DNA of 64,000 nucleotides. Origin: Emiliania huxleyi CCMP1516. Taxonomy: Eukaryota. The stretch lies in assembly GCF_000372725.1 (NCBI RefSeq), contig NW_005202428.1:524679-588678 (forward strand). The letters are read 5' to 3'. The notes beneath the pieces are model-generated. The model saw only the letters and a list, made by a program, of their open reading frames with translations, was not told the DNA's origin and did not search any database. Made by a program: the position numbers and the translations under genes. This document shows positions 23,501-35,784 of this stretch, in pieces; position 1 is the stretch's first letter; the number at the start of each line of letters is the position of its first letter.

Positions 23501-25701
23501 TATCCCACAGTCGCTGCAGTCGGTCGCGTACTCGCAGAAGCCATAGTGAGACCCCAGACCGCCGTCGTCACAATCACCGTCGTTCAGATGAGGGCAGCTC
23601 GGGTCGTCGACGCAGGTGCCGGGTGGGGAGGGAGGCTGTGGTGGCGCGGGGCCGGGGGTCACGAGGCAAGATGCTGCTTGCTCGAACTTGCTAAACAGGA
23701 GCGCGTTGACCGTGCCCGCTGGCAGCCCAGAGATGGCGTCCTTGGTCGCGAGGCAGTTGAGTGCGACGGTGAGGCCGCCAGGGCCCAGAGACGGAAAGCG
23801 GGCGCGAAGCTGCGCCGCCACCCCGGACACGTGCGGCGCCGCCATCGAGGTGCCTACTCCGAAGGCGCAGGAGAGGTGAGAATCATAGGAAGAGCAGGCA
23901 GAAGCTGGCTCGGCGAGTGAGGCCAGATATCGTGTTGACGTCCTTGTCCGACTCGGCCCATGCCGCTCGGATGAGGCTGCCAGGAGCATGGATGTCGACG
24001 CAAGCGCCGTGATTGGAAAATGACGACTTGACGTCACCCTGTTTGATGCTTCCTACCGTGATGGCGGCCGGAGTGGACGACGGCGAGTACTTGCACGCGT
24101 CGTCGTTCTCATTACCTGAATTTCGCAACCCCACCCTCAGTGTGGCTGTTGGATGGCGTGTCTGAGCGATGATTGTTCGGAGCTAACGTACCCGCAGCGA
24201 CTACAGTAAGAACGCCAGCGTCGTAGGCCGCGTCGATTGCGGAGTCGAACTGGCCGCGGCCTTCTCCGCCGAGTGACATGGAGATCACCGCGGGCAAGCC
24301 GCGCACCGCCGCGTCCTCAACCGCCCAGTCGATGCCGGCGATGACTTGTGCGTAGGAGCCAGTGTTGCCGCAGGACAGGACCTGCACCGTGACGATGGTC
24401 GCACCGCTGGCGACGCCGTAGGCGCGGCCGCCGGCGGTGCTCGCAACGTGCGTGCCATGACCATTACACGCTGATTCGCTAGCCGTGATTACACCCTCAT
24501 ACAGCCAGCCGTTCGATGCGTCGCCGCAGGAGGACTCGCCACCCGTGGGGCAGCCTGCCGACCAGCCTGCCAGAGCGCGGCCTCCAAAGTCCTCGTGCGA
24601 GATGCGGACGCCTAAGCGGAGCGGTATGTGGGTGTGCGTGAGTATGATGCGGTGGACAGCTTCCTCTCGCGCGACGCATGCCAGTATCGAGGATGTACAG
24701 GACTGTGCCAGCTCCGCCGGAGTTGTCGTACTCGCCGTCAGTGCCTGTGGCACAAATCACGAGGACAAGACAATCAATACGTGTGGTGGCGCATGCATGC
24801 CCACTACAGCGTACCAACGCGCTGGTCGATGCGATCGAGGCCCCAGTTGTCGGTCGTAGCAGATCGGTGGCGCTGCGTCTCCTCCACTGGGAGCGAGATG
24901 AGGCAGTTTGCAGAGACCCTCGCGACGAGCAAACTGTCAAGGATCGCGTCAAAGAGCGCGCCGGACTCATCGACCCGCAAAGCAATGGCTCCGATTGACG
25001 GGAATTCGCCCAGAACGACATCGGAGGGGAAATCGCTGTAAGCCTCGAGTACGAGCTGCCTCAGCCGCGAGATCCTCGTCTGACCGCGGAGCCTCGTGCG
25101 GCAGCGGCTGTTTGTGCAGGCGTCTTCCTCTGCGGTGCTTGACCACACGAGCTGGCCATCAAAGCTACAGCCGCTTGAGGCGGTGCAGTCCGCCTGAAGC
25201 TCGGCCGCGGTGCAGAGCCTCGCCCCTGCCTCCTCGCAGATTGTAGTGGCCTCCTGGAGGTTCTTGCGCCGGTGGCAGACCCCTCCCATCTCCGCGGCAT
25301 CCGACTCGGCCCACACCGTGCACTGTCGTCCTGAGTTCAGGCGCCAGCCGCTCTTGAAAGTGGACGAGCAACAGCGCACCTGTATATAGTTGTCAAATCA
25401 CGGCAGGACGTACGTGTGCAAGCGGGTGTGCTACGTCAGCGGTGGCAGGGCGCGCCTCATGCAAGTCCTCGGGATCGGCGTAGGCAGCCTGCGCATTCTG
25501 ACACCCGCCTTGCCGCCCGCACACGACCATCTGGCGAGAGTCGGGGAAGGACGAGTCCTCGCTGGTTTCAATAAGCAGACCGTCGTGCCCCATGGCCCCG
25601 CAGGCCGCCTTGGATGCCTCAAGGTGGCGCCGCCGCTCGGTGAAAGGCGCTGCAGCAACGGCGGAGAGGAAGAGGGGGAGGAGCAAGAATGCGGTGAGCA
25701 T
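20543..25701 (-). CDS. Secreted mosaic protease: signal peptide, Cys-rich module, proteinase K-like subtilisin (S8), 3x CDDGG (LNR-like) repeats, kringle-like, PAN-like, HEXXH metallopeptidase-like region, Pro-rich linkers
   Basis: Signal MLTAFLLLPLFLSAVAAA; WGLDRIDQR; catalytic YILDTG, NGHGTHVAST and GTSMAAPHVSG; YCGNPDGD..WCF; HEVAH at 21812-21826; introns with GC/GT donors. Confidence 0.85.
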
Positions 25702-26238
25702 ACGGCGTGAGATTAGGACACGGCGACTAAGCCGTCGCTGCGACGCGGGCATCCTGCGTCTTTGTGGCCGGCCACAAGAGCAGCAACGCCGGCCACAAGA
25801 GCAGCAACAACAGGAAAATGCCCCTCCAAACAAGTTGTTTCAAAAGTGCTGAAACGTGTCATGATTGCACGGACGGTGTTCAAGCCGAGCGACGGCGGCT
25901 ACGTGGCGTACAAGAAGGCGAACCACGCGCACGCGGTCAAGCGGCCTAACTGTATGTTCGAGTGGTGGCGCGAGTATAATCGTGTGTTTTGGCGAGGCGC
26001 GGGACCGTAGTCTGCGGCGAAGTGGGTCGCGTCCTCCGATTTCCTCAACTCAGCCTCCTGCCCCTCTAGGTCATGGTTCACAGCCTTGTTATTGACAAGA
26101 AAATACGTCCTATGGCGTTATGCGCTGGTCTGTGAGAGGTTGAGGTGCGAGCCCTGGAGGCCCTGGGGATGGGGTGAGACTACCCGCGGGCCTAGAAGGC
26201 CCGCGCGCAGGGGGGTGGGACATTGAGACCGGTCATGA

Positions 26239-27552
26239 ATGAGTGCGCGACACGCATGTTGCGAGCAGCTTCACACCACCGCCACTCCCGCCACCGCCGA
26301 CACCCAAGCGACACACACCCCTGCCCCTCCGGCCACCACTCACTCCACCCGGACTTCGCCAACGACTATGTCACGTCCGAATCGGCAGAACAAGTGGCGC
26401 GCCTCCTCGTCCGCAGCATCGCCGGGCATGCCTGCGCCGCCTCACCTCCACGCCGGTGGGGTCATCCTCGACGATGACGCTGGCGCCCTCGTGTGGGCGC
26501 GCTTGCGTGCGAGTCCGGCGACCGCACAGCGCGCGTCAGGCGTGTGCAAGGAGTGGCGGCAGTACGTGTTGGCAACCTTTGAGCACGAGCTCGATCTCGC
26601 CGGGATCTGCAGCGAGAAGCACCTTCGCTACGCCCACCCCCCACCCCCCACCCCCCACCCCGCCCCCCCCTTGCCGCACTGACCGCCGGCGCCCCACCGC
26701 CAAGGCCCTCGCCAAGACAGGCCGCCTGCGCAGCTTTCGGCAAGACACGACGCGCCGCCACTCGAGTTGCGCGCAGATGAGGGCGACCGAGGCGACTATC
26801 AAGGCCGTCGCCGAGTCGCCTGTGCTCGAGTCGCTGTCGCTGACGCTCGGCTCCAAGGCCGCAGCGAACAAACAGACACAGCCAGCCAGCCAGCCAGCCA
26901 GCCAGGCAGAGGCGCCCCCCACTGCGGATAGGTGCACAAGGGGCTCGAGGTGCTGTCGGGCCACCCGTCGCTCCGGTCGCTCACGCTCTTCATGGAGGGC
27001 TTCACGCCGCTCGCACTCCCGGCCAAGCTGCCCGAGGTGCGCGGGGCACACTTCCCACTATTGCTGGCCCACGCCGCTGCCTCTGTGCAACTCGCGCCTC
27101 TCACGCCCACGGTCCCAGCTTCGCGTCCACCCCGACACGCCCCATTTGGTGCGCCCGCACAGCTCGCGGCGCTGCACCTCAAGACTTCAGTCTGGGCGGG
27201 CTTCGACTGGCGGGGGCAGCGCTTCACCCACCTCGAGTACCCCAAGCTCGAGGAGATCATCATCGAAGACGGCGCCGGTCCCTTGGGCAACGGCGCCGCA
27301 GTCGAGATGACCATGGGCTTCCTGCACGTCCTGCGCACCAAGTTCCCGCTGTGCTCGATCAAGCTCACGAAGACCGGCCTCTTCCGCGGCATTCGCGGAG
27401 CAGCGGCGCAGCAAGCTCTTCAAGAACCCGGGCTGCGCCAAGACGTGACCGAGCAGAAGCCGCTCGTGCTTCCGCAGGGCGACGATTGGAATCGTGCTTT
27501 CGATGACTACGAGGTCGGGCCCGACAGTGCCGCCGGAATCAGCGTCTACTGA
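26239..27552 (+). CDS. Hypothetical multi-exon protein with weak F-box-like N-terminal motif
   Basis: LDDDAGALVWARL..QRASGVCKEWR is followed by LRR-like segments (LESLSLTL, LRSLTLFM, LEEIII). C-rich intron-like spacers lie between them. Confidence 0.45.
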
Positions 27553-28209
27553 GAGCCGCCACGAGCGCGTTCTTGCGCTTACGCACCGCGACGAGCGAGT
27601 GAGGTGGGAGCTCAACACTAGCTCGTGGGAGCGAGCCGATGACATATACGGTTGGGAGTGAGGGCCCCCAGGCGAGCGGGGCGTGAAGACCGGTCTCGCG
27701 CCAGGCCTTCCTACACACACGTACACGTACGGTTTGAGTGTTGGCATACATTGAGCTGTGTAGCTGTAGGGAGCTTTTGGTGGACACGTCATGCACACGG
27801 AACGTCGGCCTTTTGCCAGGCAGAAACCGGTGAAATGCGCATGACGCAGAGCGAGCCAAAAAAGCGTGTGAGGAGTGTGAGCTCTGGGTCTGGCCGCCCT
27901 GGCCCTGCTCAGGCTTCGCTCGAGTCGACACATGCGGCACATGCCAAAAGACATGCATAATATTTCTTATTTGTGTGTGTGGGGGGCGTCGGTAGACGGT
28001 GTACCGACTTCACTGAGACACCACGGTACACCACACCACTGTGCCCCTCCACCGTCCCGCGCTTTGCTGCGGTGCGGCTTCGTGAGAGGGACTGGCAGGC
28101 GAGAGCGCGAGGCGGGCGGCCTCGAGCGAGCGACCGCAGCCGGGCCTCTTCCAACGCAAGCCAGAGGCCTCTCTCCGTCAGCTCCGGCCGAGGCGATGCA
28201 GGATGGCGC

Positions 28210-29103
28210 TCAGAGCGCGGACGCGCCGCCGGTGTAGAGGGCGGTGAACTTCTCGAGCATCGTGAGCGAGATGACCGTGTACGGCGCCAGCTTGACAAAG
28301 GCGGGCACGAAGCCGCGCCAGAGCACGAGAACGCCGTCGGCGGCGACGCTGGTGCGCGCGCACTCGAGCGCTGATGAGTACTCTCCCGGCGCCGCCTGCT
28401 GGACTCGCGACTTGACGACGTCGAACGGCATGCAGACGCAGTTTGCGACAAACGACGCCGCCAGCGCCGAGAAGAACATGGTCGGCGCGCCGGCGGGCGC
28501 CCAGCCGGTCCGCTCAGAGATTGCAATCTTGGCCTCGGACGTGACTGCGAGCGTCGCGCCGCTGAGGGAGGCCGCGCGGAGGATCGTCGGCCCCGCGCCG
28601 TTCCACAGCGCAAGGAAGCCCTCCTCCCGCGCGACGCGCAGGACGCAGTCAATGCTGTTGGCATAGTTCCGCCGCTTCGCCGGGTCGTCGATCTTCCCGT
28701 CCGCGCCCATCCGCACGAGCGCCAGCTCGGCCGGGTTGCCGATGAAGGCGCCGATGCTGCCCGACGTCACGCCCATGCCCAGCTTCGCGGCAAACGACGG
28801 CGCTCCCGTCTCGCCGCGCGCCGCCCGCGCCGACTTGTCGGCGTCAAGAAGGTAGGCATAGATTCCCAGCCTGCCACTGCCGTACGTGACCTGCCGCAGC
28901 CACGCCGCCGAGATGCCCGCGTACAGCGCGCCAAAGCCCTGCCTCGCCAGCTTCGTTGTCGTCTCGATCGTGCCACCAGACACGCCGACCTGCATCTGGA
29001 CGCGAATCACATCGAACGGGTGGGTGAAAAAGGTGGTGAAGATGCCGGCGGCGGCGCCGAGGCCACCTCGCTCCACGAGCGAGAGGGGCTTCGAGTCGGG
29101 CAT
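28210..29103 (-). CDS. Mitochondrial carrier, 2-oxoglutarate/malate or dicarboxylate-tricarboxylate (OGC/DTC) subfamily, intronless
   Basis: Three carrier signatures (PFDVIRVQ, PAELALVR, PFDVVKSR), plus SAAWLRQVTY and RMGADG..KRRNY, typical of OGC/DTC. Confidence 0.9.
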   Translation of the reverse strand: MPDSKPLSLVERGGLGAAAGIFTTFFTHPFDVIRVQMQVGVSGGTIETTTKLARQGFGALYAGISAAWLRQVTYGSGRLGIYAYLLDADKSARAARGETGAPSFAAKLGMGVTSGSIGAFIGNPAELALVRMGADGKIDDPAKRRNYANSIDCVLRVAREEGFLALWNGAGPTILRAASLSGATLAVTSEAKIAISERTGWAPAGAPTMFFSALAASFVANCVCMPFDVVKSRVQQAAPGEYSSALECARTSVAADGVLVLWRGFVPAFVKLAPYTVISLTMLEKFTALYTGGASAL

Positions 29104-29328
29104 CCTGCGATGCGCCACGAGGGCTGTCGGCAGGTTTCGGCGCGGAGCCGCCGGCTCGGTTTCTTTTCTGTCCCCTCTCCTGCGGCTCGAGCTGGCGAGT
29201 AGAGGCCCCGCCCACCCAGGGTACCCTCTCCGAGGACATGGGTTGGCTCTTTCGAGGACTCGCCGTGGGAGAGAGCGTGCGTGTGCCTACTCGCCCCCGG
29301 CCCGGAGCACGAGTGTCGCCGTAGTCCC

Positions 29329-29844
29329 ATGGAGTCCAGCCGTGCCCACCCGTGGCGCGACTGGGCCGAGTGGGAGGCGTGCTACGCGGACCTCTTCGCG
29401 CTCGACGACCCCGCCGCCCGAGCGCGCGGCGTGCAGCGCGTCGCGACCTGGCGGAGCCGCGGGCGTGTGCCTCTCGCGGTCGAGAGCACCGCGGTGCTGG
29501 CCGAGCTCGAGCTGTCGACGGCGCTGTCGGAGCCGGTGCTCTGCCTCGCGCTCGGGATGGCGCTCACGCGGCTCGTCAACGGCGTGGTCGACCCGATGCA
29601 GCAGCGGGCGCGCGCCACCTCGGTGCAAAGGCTCGCGGCCGAGGTGGCGCTGCCGGCCTCGCTCGTTGCGCTCCGGCACGAGGCGACGCACAACCAGCTG
29701 CCCTCGATGGGCGCGCTCAAGGTGGCCGCCGACCAGGCGCTCCTCTGGCTGCACGAGCACTACTGGCAGGGCCAGCTCCGCCTGCTCCGCGACCTGCCCG
29801 GCTCCGCCCACGACTGCTTGGCGCGCTGCCGCGCCGCGGCGCTG

Positions 29845-29904
<60 letters not shown>

Positions 29905-30480
29905 TCGGGGGAGCGGAGGGATCGGAAGCCGTCGAGCCGCGTGCCTCGCTGGCGCGTCACCACCTGCGCCGGGCGACTCGCAAAGCTGCTACAGCCGAGC
30001 CACTTGGCGCCCCCTCTCCTCCCTCCTCCTCCTCCTCCTGCCAGCAGCAGGGCGCGGCAGCGGTCACGCCTCCCGGCCACGCCTTTCTAGGCGCCGCTGC
30101 TGCTGCCGCTGCTGCTCGACGACGGCGACTTCCTCGCGCCTGCGCCGGCGGGCGGCGGCGCGGCGGCCGCAGCAGCCGCGCGGAGGACGTATGAGGGGCA
30201 GGTGTGTGAGGGGATGTGCCTGACCCCTGACCCTGACCCTGACCCCTGACCCTGACCTGACCCCTGACCTGACCCCTGACCCTGACCCTGACCCTGACCC
30301 GTCACCCGTTCCCGCACCGGGGCAGGTGGAGGGGATGCGGCTGTGGCTCCGCCTGCTGCGGACGCTGCAGCGCCGCTGGCCGCACGCTTGCGTCGGCGGC
30401 GAGCTCCTCCTCGCCGTGGCGCGGCGGCTGGCGCAGGAGGCAGAGGCGGGCGGAGGGGAGGCGGCGAGCGAGGCGGGCCG

Positions 30481-30527
<47 letters not shown>

Positions 30528-32167
30528 CCGCCACCGCCACCACCGCCACCACCACCGCCGCCGCCGGGCCGCCGCTGCTCTCTCGTCGCGAGGTGCTAGT
30601 TGGGCTCGCGACGTTCGTCCTCGCGCAGCGCGTCCGCCCGCCGCCCGCGCCGCCGCCGCCCGCCGCGCCGCCCGCCGCGGCACCCGCACCCGCACCCGCA
30701 CCCGCACCCGCGCCGGCGCCGGCGGGCGGGGGGCGCGGGCGCGCGCTGCCCCCGCTGCGAATCGGGGAGGGGCAGCTGCGTCAGGCGGTGTGTTTGCTCG
30801 CGGAGGCTCCTGCGGCGGGCAGCTGGCAGAGCAGCCCCTAGATGCGGGAATGCAGACCCGCATCTCCCCGTATCTCCCCACATCTCGAGGTTTAGATGCG
30901 GAGCACAGATCCATATCTCCCCGTATCTCCCCGTATCTCCCCGCATCTCGAGGTTTAGATGCGGAGCACCGGTCTTTGCATTCCGACCAGCACTCGAGAG
31001 GACACGTGCTGCTCGGTGGTCTTCGGCGGCCTCCCGCCATCTCCCACCATAGCCTCTGTGCTCACGCGACGCACTGGAGAGTCCGCGCGAATCGTCCTGA
31101 CTCCGGCGTGCGCACGGCGTAGGCAGAGCAGCCTGATCCTCCTCGCAGTGTCGCGCCCAGAGTGGCCTCGCGCGCGCCGGACGCCCGCTCGGCGGTCCCG
31201 CCGAGCCTAGATGCCGACCGCACACGACCCGTGGTCTGCGCGGTCCAGCCGCCTTCCAGCCGTAGCCTCTTCCCGAACGTCGCCTCCACTACCCCACCCG
31301 TAGCCTCTTCCCCCCCGCCCCCCCCCCCCTCACCTCCGCCTCCTCAATCCGCCAGGCTCCTCTCGCTGCGGCGCGAGGCCGACGCCCTCCGCCGCTGCGG
31401 CGGTAGGCAGCGCAGCCAGGGCGGAGGGTCGGTCGGCATGCGCCGCGCTCCGTGGCTCGGAGGAGGCGGAGGAGGCGGAGGCGGAGGCGGAGGCGGAGGC
31501 GGCGGCGGCGGAGGAGGAGGAGGCGGAGGCGGGGGCGGAGGCGTAGGCGGAGGCGGAGCGCCTCCGCCCACGCCTCGCCTCGCCTGCCTCGCCGCCTCCC
31601 CCTTTGCGGGCGGCGGCGGCGCGTGGCGCCGGTGCGAGGGCTGGCGCGCGACTCCTAGATGCGGGACATCTCCCCAGATCTCTCCCAGACTTGCCCTTTC
31701 GAGGCNNNNNNNNNNNNNNNNNNNNNNNNNNNNNNNNNNNNNNNNNNNNNNNNNNNNNNNNNNNNNNNNNNNNNNNNNNNNNNNNNNNNNNNNNNNNNNN
31801 NNNNNCGCCCCCCCCCCCCCCCCCCTTCGCCCTGACGTGGGCGTGTTGACGACGCAGGGCCCCGTCTGCGATCGGCGATCCCGTCTCGGTGGCGTGGGGC
31901 GGCACCGCCGGCGGCACCGCCTCTTCTCCACAGCCCGCGCCGCCGCAGCCAGCCTCTCTGCGGCCAGGGGAGGGGCGGGACGCGCCGAGCGGCCGCCCGA
32001 TGACCCTCGCGGGCCCGGCGGAGGTGGCGGCCGCCGCAGACCGCCCTGCCCGCGTCGGCGCAAGCCCTCCCGCGGCCCGCGGCGCTCTGCCGCTCGAGGT
32101 GCTGGCGACGTGGGAGGAGGTGTGCGGCGCCGCCCTGCCGGCACCCCCGGGGGAGGGGCGGGTCTAG
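29329..32167 (+). CDS. LAS1: Las1-like pre-rRNA processing HEPN endonuclease; 3' exon structure uncertain, spans a gap
   Basis: PWRDWAEW, WRSRGRVPLAVESTA, MALTRLVNGVVD, HEPN motif LRHEATHNQLPS, WLHEHYW, and C-terminal WRRCEGWRATP. Confidence 0.8.
30220..30300. repeat. (CCCTGA)n telomere-variant-like microsatellite in a LAS1 intron
   Basis: A run of TGACCC/TGACCCC/TGACC units is directly visible. Confidence 0.85.
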
Positions 32168-33373
32168 CCGCGCGGGGGCGGGGGCAGGGCGTGCGCGCGA
32201 AACGGGTCAGTGGATCGTCGTCCCGACGATTGGCGCCTCGCGGGCAGTCTCATGTGTGTGCGCAAGGATCGATCTCGCCTAGCTTTGTTGTGAGGCTGAG
32301 AGCGAAGTGGCAAAACATAGAGAGCAGGGGAGAGAGGTGTGTGGTGTTCTCGACGCGTCCGACCACACAAAGGTCAAAGCCGGACACCGGCGGCACCGTA
32401 CGCGGAGAGCTCTCGCCTCTCCGACGATCAGCAAGCTCGCCACCTCTCGTCGTGCACCCGCCACGCCCCTGCCTCGCGACGCGACCGCGCGACGGCCGAC
32501 ACTGCCGACGCGCACGCGGCACGCCCCACGCGCGACGCGGCGGCGCACTCGGCGGCATCGCCCTCTTCTATCATGCGCCAGCTCAACCTCAAGGGGGTCA
32601 CGCGAAGGGAGGCGCTGTTAGTTAGCGGCGGAGGAGGTGGAGCGTGGAGGCGGCCGCGCGGGCGGCGGAGAAGGCGGTGCGGGCGGTGGAGGGGGGGAAG
32701 GGCGGCGGCCGCGGGCGGCAGTCCCGTGAGGCACGCCGGCGGAAGGGTTCGTTCACTCGCGCCGTGGCGGCTGGTGCCTGGTCCCGTCTCCCAAGTGTGC
32801 GAGATCGCCCCCGGCCCCGCCGGCGCCGCCCGCCCGGCGTGGAGCTCCGGAGAGACAAGACCGCCGCCCCCGAGTGCCGAGAGTGCCGCCGCTGAGCGCC
32901 GCCGTCGTCGCTGGCGACGTCGATGACGAGCTTCGGCTCCGGCTCCGGTCAAAGCCGGCGGGCAGCTCGTCGGGCAGCTCGTGAGCAGCACGACCGTGAC
33001 CGAGGCGTGCGCGTACCAGAGGTCCTAATGCACGGAATGTAAAGCCAACGTGCCGCGAGAGCGGTGCATGCTGTGGCGCTATCAGGGGAAGGGGGTGGGG
33101 TCGGCGTGAGCTCACCATCGTGTTCTCCAGCATGCGACCGAAGGCGGCCTTCTGCTCCCCAGAGCGGCTCTGCTCGTACGCGCGCCGCTCGGCGACCAGC
33201 CTCTCGCCGTCCGCCATGCTGCGCAGCGTCTCCTCGCTCATCGCGTACATCGCGCGCCAAAGCCTCGTGTGAGTGCCGCTCGGCGACGATCCGCTCGCGG
33301 TCCACGGATGCAAAGCCGGTGGTGAGCGCGGTGGTGACTACGGTGGCCGCGGCGTGGGTGACGGTGGTGACGC

Positions 33374-34370
33374 GTGGGTGGCCATCCTCGCCGCTGCCAC
33401 ACTAGCCGTCGCCACCCCCGCGCCGTCGCCCTCGCCGCCGCCGTCACCACCGCCTTGCTTGCCCCCGTCGCCCTCGCCGACTACTTGATTGCCACCCACG
33501 CCACGCCACCCCTCGCCCTCGCTGCCGCCTGCGCCGCCATTACCCACGCCATTGACATGCTGTCACCGGCGCCCCCACACTGCTGCCACCCACGCTACCG
33601 CCCTCCTCGCCGTCGCCCTCGCCGTCGACTTGCTCGCCACACCCACGCCGCCACGACACCCACGCCATTGCTGCCGCCCACGCTGCCATCACCCATACCG
33701 TTGCTGTCGCCGTTGCGTATCGCCCACACACGCCGCTGCCCACCCAATCGCTCTATTGCCACCCACACCGCTGCCATCCTTGCCATTGCCCACGCCAATC
33801 AATCGCCACCCACGCCGTCGACGCCCTCGGCCGCCCAGCCTCCGGGGCACCGCCGCCGCCTGCCCCTCTCCGCCACCCACGCCCCCCACGCCCCACCGCC
33901 CGCCCCCCACCCCCCCCCCACCCCTCGCCGCCGCCGCCGCCGCCTCCACCCACGTCACCCACACGCCCTTGCCCCCGCCCATTGCCCCCGCCCACACAAC
34001 CCCTAGCCGCCCTCGCCACGTCGTTGCCCACGCCGCCGCCCCCTCAGCCCTTACAGGCGCCCTCGCCGTTCGACCTCGCCGTGGCGTTACCCACGCCGCC
34101 GCCCAACTCACCGCCACCGCCCTTGCCGCTGCCACACCTGGCCCACATACCGCCGGCGCCCTTGATTAGGCACCGCCGCCGCCCTCGCCACCGTTGCCCA
34201 CAACCGGTTCCACGCCGCCGCCCACGCGCTACGCCGACACCGCCGCCGGCGCCGCCTGTGCCAATGCCACCGCTGCCCTCCCCACACGAGCACCCACCTC
34301 GCCGGCTCGCCGCCACCCATGCTGTCGCCGCCCTCACCCCTCTGCCGACCGCGCTACAACTGACACTAGC
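33374..34370. repeat. About 1 kb of degenerate C-rich low-complexity sequence (GCCACCCACGCC-like units)
   Basis: Strong C skew with recurring CCACCCACGCC/GCCATTGCC motifs. All frames give only low-complexity peptides. Confidence 0.55.
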
Positions 34371-34489
34371 ATCTGGCTTGGGGGTACTCCATGGCTTCAC
34401 CCGTCCTGCGCCGTGTCTCATTGTGGCTCAGCGGCGCTGTCTCAGAAGCAAAGCGAGACGAGTCGCTTGGCGCAGCAACTATGCCGTTG

Positions 34490-34573
34490 TGCGACGGTGT
34501 ATCATTCACTTTATGCCACCGTTGCATATCCTGCGACGGTGTATCATTCACTTTATGCCACCGTTGCATATCC
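34490..34573. repeat. Perfect 42-bp tandem duplication, each unit a stem-loop
   Basis: TGCGACGGTGTATCATTCACTTTATGCCACCGTTGCATATCC occurs twice. Confidence 0.9.
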
Positions 34574-35034
34574 GGATACATTGTGTCTCCGGCTTACGCG
34601 TCCCACCTTGTTTTTGATCTGCGATGCGCGCAGGCGACGGCGGACGAGCGTCAGCATAAGATGGGATGAGCGGGGCGCGGGTTGCGCTGCAGCGCATGGC
34701 CGGGCACGCTCGCGCAAGCGACAACACGCGCCCAAGGCGGGCAGGTGCACCTGGTGCTGGACGGGGGGCGCTTGCGTTTCTCTCGATTTCTCGCTTTCGG
34801 CCGCTCCCCAGTCACTCCCGGCCGGGGTGGGGCGCGCGCGGGGGGCGGCGGGTGTGCGGCGAGTGTGCGGGATGTCTGTGGGCCCGAGAGCGATATGCCA
34901 TGTCCGCCTTCGAGTTTCATCATCGAAGGCAAAGCTCAAAAGAAAAACAGGTACTCGAGTACGATCAGGGTGCAGCACCCTGCTTGCCGACGCGAGTCGC
35001 TCGCTCTCTCCCGCTAAAGCCGCTCATCTCCATC

Positions 35035-35784
35035 ATGGCCCTCGTCAGACTTGGCACGCTGCGCGCCTCTGCGCCGCTCGCGTCGCGCCTGCTGTGCACG
35101 GCGGCGCCGAGAAAGATCGCAGTCGTGCTCGCCGGCAACGGCGTGTACGACGGCTCCGAGATCACCGAGTCCGTCGCCACCCTCGTACACGTCTCAGCGG
35201 CGGGCTTCGCTCCGGCATGCTTCGCGCCGGACATCGTGCAGCACCACGTCGTCGACCACACGAAGGGGGAGGAGGACTCAGCGCCGAGGAACGTCCTCGT
35301 CGAGTCCGCGCGCATCGCGCGTGGGCAGATCGCGCCGCTCACCTCCCTCGACCCGACGGAATATGCGGCGCTCATCGTGCCAGGCGGATTCGGCGCGGCC
35401 AAGAACCTGTGTAACCACGCGACGGTGGCGCAGGGCGACGCGGCGCTGATGGCGGTCGAGCCGTCGCTCGAGACCGCGATCCGCGCCTTCCACGCCGCCA
35501 AGAAGCCGATCGGCCTCTGCTGCATCGCTCCCGTGATCGCGGCGCATCTGCTCAAATGTGAGGTTACGGTCGGACAGGCGGAGGGCGAGCAATGGCCGTA
35601 CGGCGGCACGGCGGGCGCGATCGAGAATTACGGTGGCGTTCATCGCCCGACCGACTGGAGCGGTGTTTGCGTCGACGACGCCAACAATGTGGTCTCGTCG
35701 GCGGCGTATATGTACGATGGCAAGCCGCACGAGATCTTTGAGTCTGTGGGCGCGATGGTGGCGGCCGTCTGCGAGCGCGCCTGA
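35035..35784 (+). CDS. GATD3: ES1/ElbB/GATD3-like DJ-1/PfpI family protein, mitochondrial presequence, intronless
   Basis: KIAVVLAGNGVYDGSEITES, RNVLVESARIARG, ALIVPGGFGAAKNL, KPIGLCCIAP. Confidence 0.9.
   Translation: MALVRLGTLRASAPLASRLLCTAAPRKIAVVLAGNGVYDGSEITESVATLVHVSAAGFAPACFAPDIVQHHVVDHTKGEEDSAPRNVLVESARIARGQIAPLTSLDPTEYAALIVPGGFGAAKNLCNHATVAQGDAALMAVEPSLETAIRAFHAAKKPIGLCCIAPVIAAHLLKCEVTVGQAEGEQWPYGGTAGAIENYGGVHRPTDWSGVCVDDANNVVSSAAYMYDGKPHEIFESVGAMVAAVCERA

Noticed and set aside
32428..33373. Hypothetical minus-strand gene
   Set aside because: One plausible exon (about 33115-33313) is visible, but no start, domain or consistent structure could be established.
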